Assembly: GCA_963749075.1 (NCBI GenBank) | Contig: CAVVLJ010000021.1 | Coordinates: forward strand, 288,001-352,000 | Source of the DNA: an uncultured Pseudomonadota bacterium | Lineage (GTDB): Bacteria; Pseudomonadota; Alphaproteobacteria; JACZXZ01 | Reading direction: 5' to 3' | DNA: 64,000 bases | In this document: piece after piece, positions 1 through 8,902 of the stretch | Layout of the letters: the number at the start of each line of letters is the position of its first letter | Numbering within the stretch: position 1 is the stretch's first letter | Notes under the pieces: generated by a model | Databases searched by the model: none | What the model saw: the letters and a program-made list of their open reading frames with translations, nothing else | What the model was told of the DNA's origin: nothing | Translations under genes and position numbers: made by a program

Positions 1-35
1 GTCCGCCGCCGGGTCTTGGGAAAATGGCGGCGCCG

Positions 36-986
36 TCAGCTCGAGAGGGCGGTTGCGGCCGGGCCCGGCTCTTGCACGACCACGACCTCCGTTCGCGGGC
101 GGGCAAGCCGCAGACCGGCGCTCGAGACGCATGACAGCACCCGCTTGAGCGCGTCGCTTTGCGCCAAGGGGATGTCTGCGAAGTCGGCCACGTAAAACGA
201 CACGCAGTAGGACGCCGCGCGCTCTCGAATCCCCTCCACCGTGACCTCCGGCGGGGGATCGCTCAGCACGTGCATTGCGTCGAGGACCGCGGCAACGAGG
301 GCCTCCGCCACCTTGTCCGCGGGACACTCGACGTTGAAGTCGACGGTGATGCTGCTGGGGTGGATCTTCTCGGGCAAGCAGTGGTTGGTGACGCGCGACT
401 TGGCCATCTGGCTGTTCGGGATGATCGTGATGTCGCCGCTGCGGTCGCGCATCCGCGTGGCCCGCCAGTTGATCTCGATGACTTGACCCTCGCTGGTTCC
501 CTCGACGGTGATCCAGTCGCCGGCACGGAACGGGCTTTCGATGTTGAGCGCAATTCCCGAGAAAAGATCGGCGAGCGTGCTTTGAAGCGCGAGGCCGAGC
601 ACCACGGCGACGACGCCCGACGTGGCCAACAACCCCGCAATCGGCTGGTGAAAAGAGAATTTCAGGATGCCGAAGACCGCCGCGAGATAGATCAGGCCCG
701 CGACGAGATCGGAGAGGATTTTGCGTCTCCTGGGCTGCCCGTCGTAGGGGAAGACGAAGCGATGCAGGACTTGCCTGAGCAGCGTCGCGGCCAGCCAGGC
801 GGCGAGACACCACCATGCGGCCGTGAGGGCGCCGAGAACGACGTCGCCCGAGCCGGGAACGACATCCTCGATCAGGCGGCGGACATTGCCGCCCTCGAAC
901 AGAAGGCCGGTGAGCGCGACCAAGGCGGTCGCGCCGATGGCCAGCACGCCGCCGCCCCTCCGTCGACCGATGTCGCGATGATCCAT
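36..986 (-). CDS. MscS family mechanosensitive channel
   Basis: TM helices then GLALQSTLADLFSGI, PFRAGDWI, GQVIEINWRATR and IIPNSQM motifs. Confidence 0.9.
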   Translation of the reverse strand: MDHRDIGRRRGGGVLAIGATALVALTGLLFEGGNVRRLIEDVVPGSGDVVLGALTAAWWCLAAWLAATLLRQVLHRFVFPYDGQPRRRKILSDLVAGLIYLAAVFGILKFSFHQPIAGLLATSGVVAVVLGLALQSTLADLFSGIALNIESPFRAGDWITVEGTSEGQVIEINWRATRMRDRSGDITIIPNSQMAKSRVTNHCLPEKIHPSSITVDFNVECPADKVAEALVAAVLDAMHVLSDPPPEVTVEGIRERAASYCVSFYVADFADIPLAQSDALKRVLSCVSSAGLRLARPRTEVVVVQEPGPAATALSS

Positions 987-1336
987 GGCCCAGCCCCAGC
1001 GGACGGGTTCCGCCGATGATGGTAAAGATGCCTGGAGCGCGGCCCTGCGCTTTGATTCACGTCAATCGGCCGTTCTTCCGCCGCCCGCACCGCGCGACGG
1101 GCGCGCTACGCGATGGCAGCCTCAAGCGGGGCCGAAGACGGACGCGCCATGCTTGCTTCTTCGCCGGAATGTCTCGCTATTGTGCGGACTAACCGGGATC
1201 GGCCCAGACAGACCTTAACCTCGCTCAAACACTGCCCGGTCCGTCCTCCGTCAAGCCGCCGGGTCCTATCGCGTCGATGCCGCCGATGCGGCGAGAGCGC
1301 GGCGGGACAACGGACGAGATCGGCAAGCAAGGTCCG

Positions 1337-1897
1337 TCACGCCGCCAGCGTCGGGATGGCGGCGATCTCCTTCTCCAGCGCCTCGCCCGCGCGGGCGAGC
1401 TCGTAGCGCGCCTGCAGGCCGAGCCAGAGCTCGGGCCTGTTGCCGCAGAGCTTGCCCAGGCGGAGCGCCATCGCCGCCGTCACCGGCGCGCGCTCGCCCA
1501 AGATGGCCTGCAGCGTCCTGGGCGTCACGCCGATGAGGCGCGCGATCGCGGCCGCGGGCAGCCCGAAAGCCGGCACCACATCCTCGCGGAGGAGGGCGCC
1601 GGGGTGCCGTGCCGCAGCGAAGTTGCGGCCCGCCTCGCCGCCGCCGTCGAGCTCCTGCCAACGGCCGTGCCCATGGGGCGGCGCTCCGGCTTGCGGCAGC
1701 ACGACCCGGGTGAAGCCGCGCGGGGAGAGCTCCCCCGGCGCCGTGCCGGGCGCGCCGCCGCCGGCAACGTCCTCGGTCACATAGGCGACGAGCGCCGAAG
1801 GGACGAATGCGGGTGCCACGAATGCCTGGCTCGCGCAGGCCTGGGGCCGGAGCCGCAAGCCTTCGGGCGTGGAGTTCATCGCTGTTGCATTCGACAT
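1337..1897 (-). CDS. higA: HigA family antitoxin (HTH) with N-terminal extension
   Basis: HPGALLREDVV...VTAAMALRLGKLCGNRPELWLGLQARYEL; ATG 1897 follows a GAAGGAG RBS; start uncertain. Confidence 0.8.
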   Translation of the reverse strand: MSNATAMNSTPEGLRLRPQACASQAFVAPAFVPSALVAYVTEDVAGGGAPGTAPGELSPRGFTRVVLPQAGAPPHGHGRWQELDGGGEAGRNFAAARHPGALLREDVVPAFGLPAAAIARLIGVTPRTLQAILGERAPVTAAMALRLGKLCGNRPELWLGLQARYELARAGEALEKEIAAIPTLAA

Positions 1898-1934
1898 CTG
1901 TTGTCGCTCCTTCTCTTCGAGTTGGCCGCCGACC

Positions 1935-2168
1935 TCAGCGGCCGGCAAAGGCCAGGAGGAGCACGGCGATCTGCCACACGCCGAGGGCGAAGACGGCGAT
2001 GACGACGAGCTCCGCCACGATCCTCCGTGCCGAGACGCGGGTGCGCTCGAGCGGCTCGCAGCCGCCGCGTGCCGCGGCTGCGTCTGGCGCCGCGGGCGTG
2101 CGGCCCTCCTCCGCCGATTGGCGTGCGGAGGGCGGCGCCGCACGCCGCTTGGCGCCTTCGTCTTCCAC
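1935..2168 (-). CDS. small hypothetical membrane protein
   Basis: 77 aa ORF with one C-terminal hydrophobic helix, co-oriented between flp and higA. Confidence 0.4.
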   Translation of the reverse strand: MEDEGAKRRAAPPSARQSAEEGRTPAAPDAAAARGGCEPLERTRVSARRIVAELVVIAVFALGVWQIAVLLLAFAGR

Positions 2169-2186
2169 GATAACGCCGCTCCGGCC

Positions 2187-2474
2187 TCAGTGCGGCGTGT
2201 TGCCGAGGTGGCCGGCGATCATGTTGAAGGTCGCGTTCAGATTGGTACCGACCAAGGTCACCGCCACGATGATGGCGACCGCGATCAGCGCCGCGATCAG
2301 GCCGTACTCGATCGCGGTGACTCCGCGCTTGGACTTGAGTGCCAGCGCCGAGGCGAGGCGGCCGGCTAGATGACGCACGGCCGGGGCGGCCTTGGCAAGT
2401 GCTCCCCGACCGCGTGCTGCGAGGTATCCGCCGAGGGCGGCAGGATCGATGCTGCCGCGAAGGGTGTCTTGCAT
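2187..2474 (-). CDS. flp: Flp/Fap type IVb pilin
   Basis: G|VTAIEYGLIAALIAVAII Flp motif. Confidence 0.9.
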   Translation of the reverse strand: MQDTLRGSIDPAALGGYLAARGRGALAKAAPAVRHLAGRLASALALKSKRGVTAIEYGLIAALIAVAIIVAVTLVGTNLNATFNMIAGHLGNTPH

Positions 2475-2573
2475 GGTCGTCTTCCCTCATGGTTGAGAGC
2501 GGGAACGTGTCGGCCCCGGCGCAGCGCAAGGGCGCTTTGCCGAGCCGTGAGGCAGCACACTAGCGGAAGAAAA

Positions 2574-2588
2574 ATAAAACTATGTTAC
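2574..2588. promoter_or_regulatory. possible degenerate CtrA box upstream of flp
   Basis: ATAA-N7-TTAC versus TTAA-N7-TTAA consensus, in an AT-rich patch; CtrA controls pilA in Caulobacter. Confidence 0.2.
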
Positions 2589-2654
2589 GGATAGGGCACC
2601 GGCTCCTCCGCCGGCCCGTCCCCCTCGCACCTCCCGGGCCGAAGCAGCGCCGCG

Positions 2655-3197
2655 TCACTTTTCCGCCTGCGGCTGGCGCTGGAAGTAAAGCGCCACGCGC
2701 GCCGCGATGTCGTCCGCCACGTAGTTGAGCGCGCGCCGGCGCGCGTCTTCCTTTCCCTCGACGGTGGCGAAGGCGTTGGTCACGTTGCCGAAGCTGTTGA
2801 TGCCCGTGCTCGTGCCGCTCATGACCTGCTTCTTGTCGGCAAGGGAGACCATCTGGTAGATCGCGGTCTCGACGATGCTCGAGCGCTGGGAGAGCCCGGA
2901 AGGATCGATCGCCAAGTCGATCTCGGTCTCGCTCAGCGTCACCTTGACGGCGTAGGCCGGCTTGGCCGGCTTGCCGTCGGGATTGATGCGGTTGAGCAGC
3001 TCGTTGTGCAGCTCCTGTCCCAGGCGGAAGAGATTCACGCCCTGCTGGCCGGGGTAGTCGATCGGCTCGACCCGCACCTGCGACATCTGTTCGCCGACGC
3101 TCGTGCCGTCCGAGCGTTCGGCATAGACCGGCCGAAAGCCGCAGGCGGCCAGGGCAAGCAGGCCGGGAATGAGAAGCGCCGTCTTGTACCAAGCCAT
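2655..3197 (-). CDS. lptE: LPS assembly lipoprotein LptE
   Basis: Lipobox [10 protein letters not shown]; C-terminal [23 protein letters not shown]. Confidence 0.85.
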   Translation of the reverse strand: MAWYKTALLIPGLLALAACGFRPVYAERSDGTSVGEQMSQVRVEPIDYPGQQGVNLFRLGQELHNELLNRINPDGKPAKPAYAVKVTLSETEIDLAIDPSGLSQRSSIVETAIYQMVSLADKKQVMSGTSTGINSFGNVTNAFATVEGKEDARRRALNYVADDIAARVALYFQRQPQAEK

Positions 3198-3455
3198 CGC
3201 TCACCGCTTCGCTGTCCCTGCGCCCGAGAGCCGCCGCCGGCCCCCTCGCGGGCTGCCACGCTACCCCTCCGAGCCGCGTGCAGCATAGCAAGAAGGGCTT
3301 GCTGCGCCCAGAGCGGCGGCGCTGCAACAGGGCCGCGCGAATCGGCATCTCCCGGCGGTCCCGAGGTATGGGAGGCTTGCAGGCGGTATGCGGGAAGATT
3401 ACAACAATTTGAGGGAAATTGGGCCCCGGCGTCGACCGGGGTGCGAGGGGGGGTA

Positions 3456-5036
3456 ATGCGCACGGCCGAGCGGCTTGACGGAATGGGCAAGACGCTCGCC
3501 TCGCTATCGCAGCCGGTGTTCTTCGCGGGTGCCGACCGGGGAGCGCTGCCGCACCTTACGCTTCACGTAGCACCGGGCGGAAACCGCCGCCGGCTTGCCG
3601 CCGAGGCGGCAGCCGCATTGGCGCGCGCCGGCCTCGCTGCGCGCTGCCGCGTCCGCACCATCGACGAGCGCCGCCTGGCGCGCACGCGGAGCCTCGAGGA
3701 GGTGCTCGCCGCGTTCCGCCACGAGCGCGTGGTCTACGATCCCACGCGCGCGGTGAGCCGGGCCGCGGCACTCCTGCGCTGCACGGAGCGCCTTGGCGCC
3801 GCCTTCGGCGAGGCGCTGCATGGGGCCTATCTCGAGCCGCGGAGCGGCACCCTCTACCTCGCGTTCGGCCGGGACGGCGGCCCGCACGGCGAGCCTCTCG
3901 ACGCCGCGGCGCGCGCCCGCATCGAGGCGCGCGCGGCACGCGTGCTCGCCAATTGGCAGGCGGGCGACGGCGACGCATTCGCGCTCGCGGTCCGCCTCGG
4001 CGAGACGGAGCCGCAAGTGCCCGTCATTCCCGTCGCGCGCAGCGCGCGCCTGGGGCGGCGCTGGCTCAGGCATTTGCGCGGCGGCGGGATTGTCGGCAGC
4101 CTCGCGGCCCTCTTCGGCATCGGCCTTGCCGGGGGCGCCTCGGCGGCCGGACCGGCGGTCTCGGAGCCCAACGGCGAGGTCAGCGCGGAAGGCGGTGCCG
4201 GCGAAGGCTCGGCGCTCGGTTACTTCAGCGGCAGCGGCACGATTCCCGTCTTCGAGAGCTTCGGCGCCCAGCTCGACGCGGCCCTCGGCAAGACCGCCCA
4301 CGACAAGCTGTGGGGCGTCGGCGGGCAGGGCTTCTGGCGCGATCCGGCCCAGGGTCTCCTCGGCGCTTTCGGAGCTCATATCAACCGCGACGGCCTCACG
4401 CTCAACCGCTACGGCGCCGAGGGGGAGGCCTATCTCGGCCAGTTCACCGTCTCCGGCGTTGCCGGATACCAGGACGGCACCGTGCGGCACGGCGGCGTCG
4501 CCCGGCTCACGCTCTCCTGGTACCCGATCGACGATCTGAAGTTCACGGCCGGCGCCGAATACAATCCGACGCGCCCGCTCGGCCTCGCCGGGGTCGAATA
4601 TCAGCTCGGCCTGCAGTCGCTGCCCGGCCTCGCCGTCTTCGCCAACGGCGGCGTATCCGGGCACGGGGCCGAATTCGGCCTCCTCGGCTTGCGCTACTAT
4701 TTCGGCCCGACCAAGAGCCTGATCCGGCGGCATCGCGAGGACGATCCGACCAATACCGTCGAGGACAATCTGCCGGGCATAATCCCGCCATACCAAGCCT
4801 CCCCGACGCCGACGCCGACGCCAACTCCGACGCCAACCCCCACTCCGACGCCGACGCCTACTCCCACGCCGACGCCGGCTCCGACGCCGACCCCGACACC
4901 TACTCCGACGCCGACGCCCACTCCGACGCCAACTCCCACTCCGACGCCGACGCCCACCCCGACGCCCACCCCGACGCCCACCCCCTCGCCGACGCCAACT
5001 CCCACGCCAACCCCGACGCCCACCCCGGAATTATGA
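3456..5036 (+). CDS. outer-membrane beta-barrel protein with N-terminal extra domain and C-terminal Pro-Thr repeat
   Basis: Internal signal-peptide-like segment (RRWLRHLR...GGASA|A), amphipathic Gly/aromatic strands ending GLRYYFG, then [12 protein letters not shown] and (PT)n; ATG 3456 follows a G-rich RBS. Confidence 0.7.
   Translation: MRTAERLDGMGKTLASLSQPVFFAGADRGALPHLTLHVAPGGNRRRLAAEAAAALARAGLAARCRVRTIDERRLARTRSLEEVLAAFRHERVVYDPTRAVSRAAALLRCTERLGAAFGEALHGAYLEPRSGTLYLAFGRDGGPHGEPLDAAARARIEARAARVLANWQAGDGDAFALAVRLGETEPQVPVIPVARSARLGRRWLRHLRGGGIVGSLAALFGIGLAGGASAAGPAVSEPNGEVSAEGGAGEGSALGYFSGSGTIPVFESFGAQLDAALGKTAHDKLWGVGGQGFWRDPAQGLLGAFGAHINRDGLTLNRYGAEGEAYLGQFTVSGVAGYQDGTVRHGGVARLTLSWYPIDDLKFTAGAEYNPTRPLGLAGVEYQLGLQSLPGLAVFANGGVSGHGAEFGLLGLRYYFGPTKSLIRRHREDDPTNTVEDNLPGIIPPYQASPTPTPTPTPTPTPTPTPTPTPTPTPAPTPTPTPTPTPTPTPTPTPTPTPTPTPTPTPTPTPSPTPTPTPTPTPTPEL
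4803..5027 (+). repeat. coding hexanucleotide tandem repeat CCNACN encoding about 37 Pro-Thr units
   Basis: ccgacg/ccaact/cccact/cctact/cccacc units with one PA and one PS variant. Confidence 0.95.
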
Positions 5037-5157
5037 CGGCTGCCGCCGCGAGGATCGGAGAGAGCCGCGCCGTGCTATAGTGCGGCGGTTGGGCCACGCC
5101 GCCGTGAAGGCTTGACGTTGTCCGAGCGGCAGGTGCGGGCCGGAGCCGGGGAACCAG

Positions 5158-6864
5158 ATGAAGCTGATCTGCTATCTGCATCCGGGATGGCGGCCTCAGG
5201 TCCGTCCCGCCGAGGCGACGCGCGAATGGATGACGAACACGCCGGAGTCCTTCGCCTACCGCTGCCTGCCGCTCAACATCGCCAACGCCCACGGCTGGGA
5301 GGTCCTCTCCGAGTGCGCCTTCGATGCCTGCTGGACGGGCGGCATGACGACGGCCGACGTGGCCATCCGGCTGGCGCCCGACGCCAAGCTCGACATGGCG
5401 CCCGTGTCGCTCTTCGGCCAGGGCGTCCTCACCTTCCATGTCTTCGGGCTGTTCCGCACGCCGCCGGGCTGGAATCTGTGGGTCGGCGGCTCGCCCAACC
5501 GGCCCAAGGACGGCATCTATGCCCTGACCGGCGTGGTGGAGACCGATTGGGCGCCTTACACCTTCACCATGAACTGGCGCTTCACGCGGCCCAACCAGTG
5601 GGTGCATTTCGACGTGGGCGAGCCGATCTGCTTCGTCTTCCCCGTCGGGCGCGCCACGCTCGAGGAGGTGACGCCCGAATTCGTGCCGATGGAGACGGCA
5701 CCGGATGTGATGGGCCAGTTCAAGGAGTGGAGCCGGCTGCGCAACGAGTTCCATGCGCGGATGGCGCGCGAGAGCCCGGTGGCGGGCGCGGAGAAATGGC
5801 AGAAGCACTACTACCGCGGCGTCGACCCGGCGGGCCGGGCGCCGATCGCCGACCATCGCACCAAGCTGCGCCTGGCGCCGTTCCGCCTGGCTGCGGCACC
5901 GGAGGCCGCCGCCGCCCGCGAAGAGCGCGCGCCGGCTCCCGAGCCGCAAGCCGCGCGCGCGGCCGAGCCGGCAGCCGACGACGGGCCGGCCCCGGCCGCC
6001 GCCGGGCACGCGGGCGCGCCGGAGAGCGGTGCGAGCGTCCTTGCGCTGCGCAAGCGCGAGTGGCTGCTCGAGACGATGGAACGCCACCAAGCGCTCACCC
6101 CCGCGACCCGCGAGATCGAGCGGCGCCTCGACCTCGGCCGCGAGGAGTTCCTCGAGCGCTATTACTCAGCCGGCCGGCCCGTCATCCTGGCCGGCGAGAT
6201 GGCCCATTGGCCGGCCCTCTGGCGCTGGACGCCGCCCTATCTCAAGAGCGTGGTCGGCTCGCGGTCCGTCGAATACCAGGGCGGGCGGACGGAGAATCCC
6301 CGCTTCGAGATGGAGAAGGACGGCCACCGCCGCGAGCTGCCGTTCGAGCGCTTCATCGACCTCATCGCCGAGCGCGAGGGCAACGACGCCTACATCACGG
6401 CCTACAACTCGGCGCGCAACAGCGAGTCCCTCGCCTTGCTCCATAGCGATCTCGGCTTCCTCGACAAGTTCCTCGCGCGCGACGTTGCCCAACCCCACGG
6501 CATGATGTGGATCGGCCCGGCGGGAACCGTCACCTCGCTCCATCACGACCTCACCAACAACTTCGTGGCGCAGATCGTCGGGCGCAAGCGGTTCAAGGTC
6601 ATCCCCGCCGCCGAGGTGGGCAAGCTCTACAATCACCGGCACGTGTTCAGCGAGATCGCCGATCTCGACGACCCGGCGATCGACCGCGTGCGTTTTCCCC
6701 GCCTGGCCGGCGCCCGCATCTACGACGTGACGCTCAGTCCCGGCGAGGTCATCTTCCTCCCCATCGGCTGGTGGCATCAGGTGAAGTCGCTCGATTTCAG
6801 CGTCACCATCACCTACACGAACTTCCTGTGGCCGAACGACGCCTACAAGGGCTATCCGGAATAG
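5158..6864 (+). CDS. DUF6065 domain fused to JmjC/Cupin_8 2OG-Fe(II) oxygenase
   Basis: N-term REWM...FAYRCLPLNIANAHGW and GVVETDWAPYTFTMNW; C-term WIGPAGTVTSLHHD...GEVIFLPIGWWHQV (HxD...H triad). Confidence 0.85.
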   Translation: MKLICYLHPGWRPQVRPAEATREWMTNTPESFAYRCLPLNIANAHGWEVLSECAFDACWTGGMTTADVAIRLAPDAKLDMAPVSLFGQGVLTFHVFGLFRTPPGWNLWVGGSPNRPKDGIYALTGVVETDWAPYTFTMNWRFTRPNQWVHFDVGEPICFVFPVGRATLEEVTPEFVPMETAPDVMGQFKEWSRLRNEFHARMARESPVAGAEKWQKHYYRGVDPAGRAPIADHRTKLRLAPFRLAAAPEAAAAREERAPAPEPQAARAAEPAADDGPAPAAAGHAGAPESGASVLALRKREWLLETMERHQALTPATREIERRLDLGREEFLERYYSAGRPVILAGEMAHWPALWRWTPPYLKSVVGSRSVEYQGGRTENPRFEMEKDGHRRELPFERFIDLIAEREGNDAYITAYNSARNSESLALLHSDLGFLDKFLARDVAQPHGMMWIGPAGTVTSLHHDLTNNFVAQIVGRKRFKVIPAAEVGKLYNHRHVFSEIADLDDPAIDRVRFPRLAGARIYDVTLSPGEVIFLPIGWWHQVKSLDFSVTITYTNFLWPNDAYKGYPE

Positions 6865-6881
6865 GCGGCGGCACCGCCGTT

Positions 6882-7011
6882 CAGCGCAATCGCAGACTGG
6901 CGAAGGATTTCGAGGCCACGATCGACTCCGCACGCGCTTTCCTCTATGCCGCTTCCGTCATGCTCCTGCTGCGCCGGATCGCGAGGCATTCATGACCTTT
7001 GAACCCGACTC
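6882..7011 (+). mobile_element. IS5-family (IS1031-like) transposase 3' remnant with possible right end
   Basis: Translates RNRRLAKDFEATIDSARAFLYAASVMLLLRRIAR*, the typical IS5 transposase C-terminus, followed by TTTGAACCCGACTC. Confidence 0.75.
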
Positions 7012-8623
7012 CTACAGGCTCTCCTATACCACTTCTTGGCCATTACCGAATCCCCAGGGTCCCGTCCCTTCGCCCCAAGATGGCGATGCCTCAGCGCGGA
7101 CGCGCTGGCTGGCATACGCAGCGATGGCGTTCCTCATACCCTTTCAACTGCACTACAATTATCTACTCAATGAGTTCTATCATTTCGGCACGCCGTACGG
7201 CGACGGCGATACCATACAACTCGCCCACCTGATGTGGCATAACGGTTGGCGGCTTATGAACCCGCGCGTATTCGGCGATTATTCCTTCTTTCTCCTTCAT
7301 GTTACGCCCTTACTATGGCTTATCAACGGGCTATCCTATGTTCTGCCCACTCACATGGCCGAATTTTATGCGGGCTTCTGCGCAGCCACGTACGCGTTGA
7401 TCGGACTCGCCCTGTTTGACGCATTCAGGCGTCTCGTTCCATCGGTCGGTCCGTGGAAAATTTCCATTCTGGCCGTGCTGGCGATTGGCTTTTCATTCAA
7501 CGAAATCATCATGAGCGGCTTATGGATAACCCACTTTGAATACATGATTCCGCTGGGCATGCTGCTTTTCTTCCTGCATTACGCATGCGAAGACCGATCA
7601 TCCACGATTTTCTTTTTCATCCTCACTTTATTATGCCGGGAAGATGCCGGATTCCATATGGCGGCTGTGCTCGGACTCATCGCCTTGATCAAATACAGAA
7701 AAACCCGTTCCCTACCGGGGATCAAGCGTGAAGCGGTATACATTATTTGCGCCTGCGGCTACAGCCTTCTGGCCTTGTGGGTGCAATCCAGAATGCGAAA
7801 CGCTTACGGCGATATGCTTTTCGATAAATATCCCGACAATCTTACCAGGATCTATACGGGCATTCCGTTCTATGCCCATCTTTCCTGGTCGCTGTTGTGG
7901 GGACGTGCGCAAATCATATTTCAGGAACATATTTCGCTGTGGCTGGGGTTTCTTCTGACCCTGACATGGTCGTGGCGGATGCGCAATCCCTACCTCCCCG
8001 TAGGATTCATCGCCTGCATTCCCTGGTTCCTGCTCAACTGGACGGCAAATGCGGATGCCGCTGGTTATCTCCGCTTTTATTACGCCTTCCCTTTCATTCT
8101 AAGCCTTGGCTGGCCCGTCATCGCCGTCCTGCTGCATTGCGGCCTGCGTCCGCCGCGCTTTGCCGTTCGGGAAACGCTTGTGCTGCAGGGAGCGCTGGTT
8201 GTCATCGGCTTGCTGGCGTGGAACGGCGATACGCATCGCATCGATTTCGGCCCAGCCTATGCGGCCGGCGGAGGCAGTTACCTTATACAGAAGGGAGCGG
8301 AGAATCGCGAACTTGTGAGGGAGTTCATCCTGAAAGTCGATTCCCGCCCGCCGGAACTGGGCGGCGTTTCAATTGACGACAGCATATTATTTCTCAGTAT
8401 GCGGCCTTTCGAAGGCAACCTGCCGCCGGAACCGGAAACCATCGAAAGCGTGATTTATATGCGTTCCGACTCAGGGAGGGTGAATGCCATGCTCAAGCGT
8501 GCGCATGATAATAACCTATCGCATCATTACTGCGTCGTCGGGACTACGATCTGCCTTTTCAGCAACCGCACGATGGCGCAACTCGCCTCTCTCTCGCCAT
8601 TGCTGTCGGAGACCGCGCCCTGA
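6992..8623 (+). CDS. polytopic GT-C-like (DUF2079-like) membrane glycosyltransferase
   Basis: Many TM helices; D..Q...MW, HVTPLLWL, HFE..IP and CREDAG motifs; visibly lower GC; true start probably downstream of the IS end. Confidence 0.6.
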   Translation: MTFEPDSYRLSYTTSWPLPNPQGPVPSPQDGDASARTRWLAYAAMAFLIPFQLHYNYLLNEFYHFGTPYGDGDTIQLAHLMWHNGWRLMNPRVFGDYSFFLLHVTPLLWLINGLSYVLPTHMAEFYAGFCAATYALIGLALFDAFRRLVPSVGPWKISILAVLAIGFSFNEIIMSGLWITHFEYMIPLGMLLFFLHYACEDRSSTIFFFILTLLCREDAGFHMAAVLGLIALIKYRKTRSLPGIKREAVYIICACGYSLLALWVQSRMRNAYGDMLFDKYPDNLTRIYTGIPFYAHLSWSLLWGRAQIIFQEHISLWLGFLLTLTWSWRMRNPYLPVGFIACIPWFLLNWTANADAAGYLRFYYAFPFILSLGWPVIAVLLHCGLRPPRFAVRETLVLQGALVVIGLLAWNGDTHRIDFGPAYAAGGGSYLIQKGAENRELVREFILKVDSRPPELGGVSIDDSILFLSMRPFEGNLPPEPETIESVIYMRSDSGRVNAMLKRAHDNNLSHHYCVVGTTICLFSNRTMAQLASLSPLLSETAP

Positions 8624-8902
8624 CGGGCATTCTTGGCAAGACACCGGCCATTGCAATGGCAATCATGAACGGCGTCTTGCGGCGGGGCGAAGGCCCAGAG
8701 GATGCAGAGTGCGCCAGGCGGCGAAGATGACGACGGCGGCGCGCTGGCGCACCCTGAGCCAGCCGTGGAGGCACGCGGGGAAGGCCGGAACGCCGCACCA
8801 CGTGTCGAGCGGGTTGCCGAATGAGGGCGCCGCGGCGGCCGCGAAGCCCCGGCCTCCTGGCAAGGGCCGCGAAAGGGGGCTATCGTTGCCGGCAGGCATC
8901 CC

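Noticed and set aside
4697-5023. (Val-Gly)n ORF on the minus strand and Asp/Ala-rich ORF 3953..5080
   Set aside because: Shadow frames of the Pro-Thr repeat
4803-5027. Possible CRISPR array
   Set aside because: 6-bp coding period with no spacers and no cas genes
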